Positions 56,918 to 64,000 of a stretch of DNA of 64,000 nucleotides are shown one piece after another. Positions within the stretch are counted from its first letter, which is position 1; the number at the start of each line of letters is the position of its first letter. Source of the DNA: a virus. Its lineage: Duplodnaviria; Caudoviricetes. The notes under the pieces are model-generated. The model was not told where the DNA came from. It saw nothing but the letters and a program-made list of their open reading frames with translations, and did no database searches. The stretch lies in the IMG/VR virus record IMGVR_UViG_3300005739_000025, one strand, 5' to 3'. The translations under genes were made by a program, and so were the position numbers.

Positions 56918-57128
56918 AATGTAAAAAAATAATTTAGGCCCGTACTGGGTGAATTCGGTGAAGCCGTAACGTAAAGACGATGGTAATACCGAGCCAAGTT
57001 AGAAGCCAACTTCTAAAAGGTGTAGAGACTACTGGAGGTAAAATGGTTTACCTTAATAACCAGCTAGAGCGCCCAGCAGTACATTACTGAAGATATAGTC
57101 CACCCGTTGAGAAATCAATGAATATGTG
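56916..57128 (+). mobile_element. Group I intron (IA-like) catalytic core without homing endonuclease; boundaries provisional
   Basis: P3 ctgggtg(56945)/cgcccag(57070); P4 ttcggt/accgag; P6a ttagaag/cttctaa; P7 gacta(57027)/tagtc(57096); P7.1 aggtaaa/tttacct inside ctgg/ccag; P8 cagta/tactg; J8/7 AAGATA; P9 ttga-GAAA-tcaa. Confidence 0.85.
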
Positions 57129-57150
57129 TTGCCGTTAGGCGAAGGGGTCA

Positions 57151-59856
57151 ATGACACAAAACAGTGAGATAAGAGTATTAAATGAAATACTTAAAGACGG
57201 AATACGTATCAACGACGTAGAGCGTGATAACGTACAAAAATTCCGTGTATCAACTCCACAAGCAATGATTGATACCGATTTTGAATACTCATTGCAAGGT
57301 ACAAAATGGGAATTAGTTAACTTAAACAACAACGTACCTTCAGTATTTGCTCGTGCCAATGAACCTGCTTATACAGCAGAGCAAGTGAATAGCATTACTA
57401 TTTCACCTAGCGGTAGTAGAGATGTGGTAGTATCTGTTAATATTCAACCTGGAATTCCTTTTGCGGTTGGCAATCCTATCGTTTTAAAGGAAACAGCTGA
57501 CACAACTTATGTTGATGGTGCTTATGTAATTAAGGCCCTATCCGGTTCAAGAGCTTTTATTGTTACAACTAAATCTCCTGGTCCACTTTCTACCATAGGC
57601 ACTAACTTTAAAACCCCTTATACCACAATTTTTACAGGAGACTTCTATACCAATTCCCAAATTCTAACTTTAGGCCTTTCTGCTATATCAGGTACTAAAG
57701 ATGCAGTTATAGAATTTACTGAGCCGCACGCATTATTTTTGGATTCACCGATTACTGTAATTGACGTAGACAAGCCAGGAGCTACTTACATAGGCTCATT
57801 CAAAGTAAAAGACGTTTTATCAGATAGTATGGTAACGTTTGTTACAGATGAATCAAATAATTATGATAACAACAACTCTTTAGTTGAAAAACTTTCTAGT
57901 TTAAGAGTGTATGCTCGCGGTGAGGGAGTTGCAATACATAGATTTTTTGATGGTGGTGTACAAATTAACCCGGGTACAGCTTCACCAAACGCTCAAATTA
58001 TACGTCAAACAAGAAAATATTTTAGATACCAATCAGGTAAAAGCATGCAGTTTAGTACTGGAGTACTGTTAAAGCCTGTTTACGAAGTTACTAATGCTTA
58101 TGTTGACACAACAAATTTTGACTTATCTACATATTCTTTTTATGATTTTATTATAACCACAGAACAGTACCACGGGTTCTCTCCTGTTGATAGTCACCGT
58201 CAAGGTGCTATAGTTGAATTGGTTGGTTTTACTGTTACTAACGGTACAAACCCCTACAATAAAAGATTTGAAGTAGCGGAAGTAATAAATTCAAAAACAT
58301 TTAAAGTTAAAATACCGGTTAGTGAATTTAATCCATTTCCAACAACAGACTTAAACCCAGGTGGTATTGCAGAAGTAGAAGTTCAAGGTTGGAACGATGC
58401 AACAGTAAGAACTGGTATGTTTGATGATCAAAACGGAATATTTTTTGAATGTGATGGGGAGTCATTAACTGTGGTAAAAAGATATAGTACCACACCAACT
58501 AATGGAACAGTAAGTGTAAAAACAGGAAAGAGGTTAATGACATCTTTTGATGGAAATACCAAATTTAAAACTCAATTTACTGAAAATGATTACGCTGTAA
58601 TAAGAGGACAGTCTTACATGTTTTCTAGTATAGTAAATGACACTTCGGCTTACATAGTCCCTGCTTACAGAGGACCTGATGCTGATAATATAAAGATTTA
58701 TAAAACCTTAGAAGAAAGAATTAAACAAAGTGAATTTAATTTAGATAAACTTGACGGTACAGGTCCTTCTGGGTATGTTCTTGATTTAACAAGAATGCAA
58801 ATGGTGTTTATTGATTATTCTTGGTATGGAGCCGGAAAGATTAGATTCGGTGTCAGATCTACTGATGGTATTATTATATATTTCCACGAGATCTCCAATA
58901 ATAACGTTAACAGAAAAGCCTATATGCGCTCTGGTAATTTGCCTGGCCGTTTTGAAATTCAAAGCCGATCAAAAACAGGCACACTATTAACCTCTCTATC
59001 AACTAACACTTTGAGCGCGTTAGTATCTTTTACAGATGCTGCAAAGTTGCCTGAAAAAGGACGTATTATTGTAAACAATGAGTATATAAAATATACAAAA
59101 TCAATAACATCCACCAACAATGGTTTAATATTAAATTTCGATCAAAGAAATACAGCTAATCTATTAAATGGTCCTGTTACGGCTAACGTAGGAGATGGTT
59201 TTATATCTTATAATCAAAATTGTTCTCCAGCATTAAGTCATTGGGGTGTTTCAGTTATTATGGATGGTAATTTTGATCCAGACAAATCATATCTTTTTAC
59301 TGCTGCTACTTCTGGTAACTTTGCTGTTACACCTGATGAAAGAGCAATTTTATCAATTCGATTAGCACCGTCTGTAGATTTTGGTATTCCAGGATCTTTC
59401 GGTGTAAGAAGTCTTGTAAATAGATCATTAATTACACTAAAAAGTATAGGCGTTGCAGTAACAAGACCATCTCAGATTATAGCTAGAGTAAACGTAGAAG
59501 ATTCAAGATTTAAAATAGACAATAATTGGCTACCGGCCGGTAACGGTAGTATTGCTCAATATATGGATCATACTGGTTCTACAGGTACCTTCTCTGCATC
59601 TGGTAGAGGCGGAGACGTTGTGGCAGCGTTTTATATCACTCCAAATATTAACTTCGGTACAACTAGTAGAATTTGGATTAACGACGCATTTGATATTGAT
59701 GTTATTAGAGAATTGGGCAATAGTATTTTAGGTGGTAATAATTCATACCCTGATGGACCTGATATTCTCACATTATTTGTAAGAACTATCGAGGGTACAG
59801 GTAGTACTAACGGGGAAGCACGTGCTAGAATTTCCTGGACAGAAGCTCAAGGCTAA
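57151..59856 (+). CDS. Large virion structural protein (RVSTPQ..IDTDFEY / YQSGK family)
   Basis: FRVSTPQAMIDTDFEY, RQTRKYFRYQSGKS, IDYSWYGAGKIRFG; distantly related to 44335-46041. Confidence 0.85.
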   Translation: MTQNSEIRVLNEILKDGIRINDVERDNVQKFRVSTPQAMIDTDFEYSLQGTKWELVNLNNNVPSVFARANEPAYTAEQVNSITISPSGSRDVVVSVNIQPGIPFAVGNPIVLKETADTTYVDGAYVIKALSGSRAFIVTTKSPGPLSTIGTNFKTPYTTIFTGDFYTNSQILTLGLSAISGTKDAVIEFTEPHALFLDSPITVIDVDKPGATYIGSFKVKDVLSDSMVTFVTDESNNYDNNNSLVEKLSSLRVYARGEGVAIHRFFDGGVQINPGTASPNAQIIRQTRKYFRYQSGKSMQFSTGVLLKPVYEVTNAYVDTTNFDLSTYSFYDFIITTEQYHGFSPVDSHRQGAIVELVGFTVTNGTNPYNKRFEVAEVINSKTFKVKIPVSEFNPFPTTDLNPGGIAEVEVQGWNDATVRTGMFDDQNGIFFECDGESLTVVKRYSTTPTNGTVSVKTGKRLMTSFDGNTKFKTQFTENDYAVIRGQSYMFSSIVNDTSAYIVPAYRGPDADNIKIYKTLEERIKQSEFNLDKLDGTGPSGYVLDLTRMQMVFIDYSWYGAGKIRFGVRSTDGIIIYFHEISNNNVNRKAYMRSGNLPGRFEIQSRSKTGTLLTSLSTNTLSALVSFTDAAKLPEKGRIIVNNEYIKYTKSITSTNNGLILNFDQRNTANLLNGPVTANVGDGFISYNQNCSPALSHWGVSVIMDGNFDPDKSYLFTAATSGNFAVTPDERAILSIRLAPSVDFGIPGSFGVRSLVNRSLITLKSIGVAVTRPSQIIARVNVEDSRFKIDNNWLPAGNGSIAQYMDHTGSTGTFSASGRGGDVVAAFYITPNINFGTTSRIWINDAFDIDVIRELGNSILGGNNSYPDGPDILTLFVRTIEGTGSTNGEARARISWTEAQG

Positions 59857-59899
59857 CAAATTCAGTTGAAATAGCTTATCTAAAGGATAAGTTTTATAA

Positions 59900-61111
59900 A
59901 TGTTAAAGGTATGCGCGTTGTTGCCTGATTATTTAGATACACCTATGGGTGGGCTTGGTGTACAGTTTATGGAGATGTATGCTCACTTAAAGGATAGAGT
60001 AGATTATTATATTGTTGGGTTACCAGAAAAACCTAACGTTAAACATTTTAAATCAAATCTAACACCTTTTGACAACTTTCAGTACCCATCAATTAATAAC
60101 ATTTATCATCAATTACTTTATTATCATAATGCATTAAGTTTTAATGTAGATTTCGATATAATACATGCTTTTGATTGGTCAACAGCACTTGCAGGAGTTT
60201 ATTTATCAAGGAAATTAAACAAGCCTCTTGTATATGGTATGAATCTTTCCTCAAAAAATCTAAATCAGGTTGGAACCTTTTTTTGTACCAATGTAAAAAC
60301 ACCTGACGGACATTTTTTAAACCAGTATATGATAGAAGTTGAACAATTAGGTTTAAAATATTCTAATAGAATAACACAAGTTTCACAGTACTATGAAAAC
60401 TTATACAGCCAATATAAAGATAAAACAGTAATAATTTACAATGGTCTCGATGTTAAAAAATGGACCCCTTCACGAAAAGTAAAATTTCCTGGTAAAAATA
60501 AAATAAAGGTTTGTTATATAGGTCGCGCCTGTGATATGAAAGGAATAGACATGATAACTGGCTGTGATATTCCAGATAATATTGATTTTTATTTTGTTGC
60601 AGCTAAAAAAGGTGCTGAAAGTAAAGTCTGGAAGGATATAACTAACAAAATTAATAATATTAATATATTTCATATTAAAGGACTTTTTGGTCAAGATAAA
60701 ATTGATTTTCTACATGCAATGGATGGTGTGGTAATGCCATCAAAACATGAGCCTGCAGGTATAGTTGCAATGGAAGCGTTAATATCAAAAAACATTCTAA
60801 TTACGACAGCTGCTGGTGGTATTGCTGAGACTGTAGAAGATATTGACTACATGGAGTGTCATAGCAGTAAAGAACTGCAACAATGTTTAGAGACTTTAGC
60901 GAGTTTAGATGAGCAAAGTATAGATAATTTAAAAAATGCTGGCTATAAAAAAATGTTAGAAAGAGATTGGAGTTTTTCTGCAAATCAACTATATAATTTA
61001 TATCAGGAAGTTAAAGGAGAAGAACCGTTACCTGATATGTCTCGTACTTTAGAAAAAACTATACAAGATATTGAGGAATATAACAAAAAAGAAGACGCGT
61101 TTATGTTTTAA
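59900..61111 (+). CDS. Glycosyltransferase family 4
   Basis: GGLGV, IIHAFDWST, YNGLD, YIGR...KG, VMPSKHEPAGIVAMEAL. Confidence 0.9.
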   Translation: MLKVCALLPDYLDTPMGGLGVQFMEMYAHLKDRVDYYIVGLPEKPNVKHFKSNLTPFDNFQYPSINNIYHQLLYYHNALSFNVDFDIIHAFDWSTALAGVYLSRKLNKPLVYGMNLSSKNLNQVGTFFCTNVKTPDGHFLNQYMIEVEQLGLKYSNRITQVSQYYENLYSQYKDKTVIIYNGLDVKKWTPSRKVKFPGKNKIKVCYIGRACDMKGIDMITGCDIPDNIDFYFVAAKKGAESKVWKDITNKINNINIFHIKGLFGQDKIDFLHAMDGVVMPSKHEPAGIVAMEALISKNILITTAAGGIAETVEDIDYMECHSSKELQQCLETLASLDEQSIDNLKNAGYKKMLERDWSFSANQLYNLYQEVKGEEPLPDMSRTLEKTIQDIEEYNKKEDAFMF

Positions 61112-61112
61112 A

Positions 61113-62255
61113 ATGAAAGTATTAGCAATAGTTCCAGATTTTATAAAAGAACCTTCCGGTGGTTTAGGCGAACAATTTCGTCATATGATGGAACATCTCG
61201 AAGGTAAAGTAGAATACTACATAGTAAGTTATCCGGAAGAAAATAATTATAAAAACTATAAAGCCGCTAGAGCACCTTTTATGCTCGATCATGCAGCTCT
61301 CACGACTATTTACGGTCAGTCCATATATTTTCTTAAAGCATTAGAGTTTCAAGAAGACTTTGATGTTATACACGCTTTTGATTGGTCTACGTTTTATGCA
61401 GGGTGGTTGTGCAAAGAACACTTCAAAAAGCCATTGGTAGTTACAGTTAATTTATCTTTAAGAGGTTTAAATAATGCAGGTATATTTTATTGTCAAGATC
61501 CAAAAACAATAGACGGTAATAGAATTAATCAATTGCAAATATATTTTGAAGAACTAGGTGTTATAGCTGCAAATAAAGTCGTTCACGTATCAGAATATTA
61601 CAATAAATTGTTTCCTCAACAAATACAAGATAAATCTAAAGTTATTCCTAACGGTATTGAAATAGAAAAGTGGGTTAAAAAGAGAGATGCAAAATTGCCA
61701 GGCAAAAATAAATTAAAATTTTGTTATATAGGTAGAGCTTCTTCAATGAAAGGATTAGACACAATACTAAATTGTGATATACCGGATGATATTGATTTTT
61801 ACTTTGTAGTTTCTTCTAAAAATGCAGAGGAACCCTATTTTACAAACATTAAAAATAAAGCTAACGGTAAGAATATTTTTTATATACCTGGTCTATATGG
61901 ACAAGACAAGATAGACTTTCTTTATGCAATGGACGGTGTAGTAATGCCCTCTATACACGAACCTTTTGGTATAGTTGCGTTAGAGGCCTTAATATCAGAA
62001 AACTTCTTTATATCCACGGGAGCTGGTGGTTTAAGAGAAATTGTAGAAGGTATTGAATGGTTTGAAATTCAAAATAGTTTTGATTTATTAAATACATTTA
62101 AAAAAATACAAGCTTTATCATCTGAAAATAAACAAAAAATTCTACAAAAAGGTAAAGAAAGAGCATTGCAGTATCCCTGGTCGACAGCAGCTAATCAATT
62201 GTATAAAGTTTATACAGCAGTAGGACCATCCAAAACAATAGAATTTTATACTTAA
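61113..62255 (+). CDS. Glycosyltransferase family 4, tandem paralogue
   Basis: Start moved to MKVLAIVPDF; VIHAFDWST, VMPSIHEPFGIVALEAL; aligns along its length with 59900-61111. Confidence 0.9.
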   Translation: MKVLAIVPDFIKEPSGGLGEQFRHMMEHLEGKVEYYIVSYPEENNYKNYKAARAPFMLDHAALTTIYGQSIYFLKALEFQEDFDVIHAFDWSTFYAGWLCKEHFKKPLVVTVNLSLRGLNNAGIFYCQDPKTIDGNRINQLQIYFEELGVIAANKVVHVSEYYNKLFPQQIQDKSKVIPNGIEIEKWVKKRDAKLPGKNKLKFCYIGRASSMKGLDTILNCDIPDDIDFYFVVSSKNAEEPYFTNIKNKANGKNIFYIPGLYGQDKIDFLYAMDGVVMPSIHEPFGIVALEALISENFFISTGAGGLREIVEGIEWFEIQNSFDLLNTFKKIQALSSENKQKILQKGKERALQYPWSTAANQLYKVYTAVGPSKTIEFYT

Positions 62256-62259
62256 TAAA

Positions 62260-62907
62260 ATGGAATTTTTGGAACATATATTTTACAATAAAAAAAATAA
62301 GTTCTATAACGAGGGTAAAATAAACACGAAAAGCTGGACCGCAGATAATTTAAAGTGTTTTATTAAAAAATATAGAAAACCATATGAAGATCTCTTTAAA
62401 GAAAAAGCTTCTATAGAACAACTAGTTCAAGCTCGTCAAAAAGATTCTAGTATAGATTGGTTCCCTGAAATATTTTGGCATAACAAAAAAGATATAGCTG
62501 TGTTTGAGTATGTTGGAGAATCTATTAATAGCTTAAATATTCCTAAAGATTATAGAGAACAATTTAATAAAATCTTTTCAGATTTGTTAAACATGGGTTT
62601 AATGCATAGTAAAATAGTAGAATTTAATAGATATAAAGGCACATTTTATGAAAAAAATTTTTTTGAAACTACAAAAAATATTTTTGACAACGAACTAACA
62701 GTTTTAAATAACAAATTATATCTTGTTGATTACTCTGGACATCTAGTTAAGATTAAAAAATCAAATAGATTTGAATCTTTAGCTTGGGATAAAGATAAAG
62801 AAGCTCTTTATTCTAAATCTATTAATATAGAAGAATATAAAAAAGAAATAGAAAAATTTTTAGATACAATTAAAAAAAGAGAGGACCATAAAGATCCTCT
62901 CTGTTAA
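62260..62907 (+). CDS. Hypothetical protein, possibly kinase-like fold
   Basis: VFEYVGE...GLMH...LYLVDY pattern but no intact HxD catalytic loop; ORF secure, function weak. Confidence 0.5.
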   Translation: MEFLEHIFYNKKNKFYNEGKINTKSWTADNLKCFIKKYRKPYEDLFKEKASIEQLVQARQKDSSIDWFPEIFWHNKKDIAVFEYVGESINSLNIPKDYREQFNKIFSDLLNMGLMHSKIVEFNRYKGTFYEKNFFETTKNIFDNELTVLNNKLYLVDYSGHLVKIKKSNRFESLAWDKDKEALYSKSINIEEYKKEIEKFLDTIKKREDHKDPLC

Positions 62908-62939
62908 CTGCAGTTACGCTTATTTAGCGTTATACTAAA

Positions 62940-63134
62940 TTAGGCAACTTGAAGTCCAGCCTTGCGGATAGCACGGGTAAAATCACGTGCATCAACACGA
63001 CGCAAAGAACGGGCATGCTGATTGGATTGCTCCAAAACATTAACACGCTTGACGGTGAATTCACCGTTGCGGCTACGCTCGATCTTAGCGAAGAAGGTCT
63101 TCGGACGAAGGTTCTTATTTGTGTAATCGATCAT
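62940..63134 (-). CDS. Small basic protein
   Basis: 64 aa, Arg/Lys-rich; TATAAT and a canonical AAAGGAG Shine-Dalgarno upstream; GC-richer codons. Confidence 0.8.
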   Translation of the reverse strand: MIDYTNKNLRPKTFFAKIERSRNGEFTVKRVNVLEQSNQHARSLRRVDARDFTRAIRKAGLQVA

Positions 63135-63184
63135 CGTTTAACTCCTTTCACTATTCATTATATAACATAAATATCTTAATCAAT

Positions 63185-63919
63185 ATGAAATTTGCAGATT
63201 TTTTATTAATAGAAGAAAAATTTTCAGACTCAATACTTAATAGAACTGTAAATTACTTAGAAAAAGAAAAAAAAGTACTATTTTTAACAACTTCTAATAG
63301 ACCACCAAGTGATGAAACAGATGTTCCAAAAAGTACACAATTAGCCAAATATATTCAAAGTAGATTAGGGTTGTTAAAATGTGAGATAATAGATGTATCT
63401 AAACTTAACATTTATAATTGTGTTGGTAATGTAAGCACAAAAGAGGGTAATCAGTGCGGAGTAAAAGGTGCATTACTTAAAAATAAGGAAAAAAACCCTT
63501 CCGGGTATCATAGATGCTGGGTGTCTTACAGTCACGATGACGATGAATTATGGAAAGTTACAAAATCGCTGTTTGAGTCAACAGCGGTTGTGTTTTTTGG
63601 TTCTGTAAGATGGGGCCAAATGAATGCTTATTATCAAAAATTAATAGAAAGACTTGATTGGATTGAAAATAGACATACAACTTTGGGGGAAAATAATATA
63701 ATAAAGAATATTAAAGCTGGTATAATAGCAGTTGGCCAACAATGGAACGGTAAACAGGTTATAGAAACTCAAAAACAAGTTTTTAAATTTTACGGATTTA
63801 AAGTGCCTGAGGAATTATCCTGGAATTGGCAGTATTCAGATAATCCAAATTTAGAGACTAAAGAGTCTTACAAGAAAGCTATTACTACTTTTGATAAAGT
63901 TTTTAAACTAAATAATTAG
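63185..63919 (+). CDS. Flavodoxin-fold (NADPH-dependent FMN reductase-like) protein with leader
   Basis: VLFLTTSNR..KST.LA, NIYNC.G.VS, DDELW.V...L.ES.AVVFFGSVRWG..YQKLIERL; start moved to MKFADFLLIEE. Confidence 0.8.
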   Translation: MKFADFLLIEEKFSDSILNRTVNYLEKEKKVLFLTTSNRPPSDETDVPKSTQLAKYIQSRLGLLKCEIIDVSKLNIYNCVGNVSTKEGNQCGVKGALLKNKEKNPSGYHRCWVSYSHDDDELWKVTKSLFESTAVVFFGSVRWGQMNAYYQKLIERLDWIENRHTTLGENNIIKNIKAGIIAVGQQWNGKQVIETQKQVFKFYGFKVPEELSWNWQYSDNPNLETKESYKKAITTFDKVFKLNN

Positions 63920-63920
63920 A

Positions 63921-64000
63921 ATGAACAATTTTGATATAACTTATAGTATATTACTAGAAGAGTTTTTAAATGAGGAGGATTTAACTACCAGGGGTACAGA
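63921..64000 (+). CDS. Late protein, 3'-truncated by the window
   Basis: ATG 6 nt after TAAATA; MNNFDITYSILLEEFLNE leader. Confidence 0.65.
   Translation, partial: MNNFDITYSILLEEFLNEEDLTTRGT

Larger units (their letters stand above)
4915..63914. promoter_or_regulatory. Dispersed T4-type late promoters (TAAATA, sometimes TATAAATA or TAAGTA)
   Basis: TAAATA on the coding strand 5-8 nt before start codons at 4907, 5049, 6359, 7125, 9949, 10746, 11781, 12743, 14988, 18009, 22962, 24898, 25730, 26713, 28070, 30727, 31544, 31919, 43320, 44335, 46056, 47031, 49333, 49882, 55922, 63921; matches the T4 gp55-dependent TATAAATA consensus. Confidence 0.85.

Noticed and set aside
57136-57138. In-frame TAG upstream of the 901-aa gene, raising possible TAG recoding (genetic code 15)
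   Set aside because: TAG cleanly terminates several intact genes (739, 24057, 37934, 42392, 47267), and long ORFs are uninterrupted under code 11.
346-63170. Many 60-110-aa ORFs in the track lying antisense or out of frame inside longer genes (e.g. 346-606, 946-1173, 3717-3977, 11806-12108, 25945-26214, 48717-48965, 53923-54231, 57135-57359, 62949-63170)
   Set aside because: Shadow ORFs of well-supported genes, with no promoter/start geometry and no family motifs.

Overview
A 64-kb segment of a large, AT-rich, T4-like (myovirus-type) bacteriophage genome; no cellular housekeeping genes are present. From left to right: (1) 1-4.2 kb, a GC-richer array of small early genes, most with their own GTTCC-N2-TAnnnT promoter; (2) 4.4-30 kb, a large set of late-promoter (TAAATA) genes whose products begin with T4 internal-protein-like leaders ending in a hydrophobic-x-Glu site. 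Nine of these carry 16 copies of a shared KPETKKHFGDI tag, arranged so that several look like protease-cleavable polyproteins. This block also holds a MoxR-type AAA+/vWA-peptidase pair, a nuclease-like protein, a Nudix hydrolase, a pyrimidine-dimer glycosylase, queD, phoH, queE and two muralytic enzymes; (3) 32-42.4 kb, a glycosyl/methyltransferase cluster; (4) 42.4-44.3 kb, a lysis cassette; (5) 44.3-60 kb, virion fibre/decoration genes, a tmRNA with a 34-codon tag and an ORF-less group I intron core; (6) two GT4 paralogues and a flavodoxin-like gene. Most genes with their own promoter appear leaderless (start codon 5-8 nt after the -10 element). All family assignments come from motif recognition by eye, not from database searches. 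Several ORF-track starts were corrected and six short ORFs plus one partial ORF were added.
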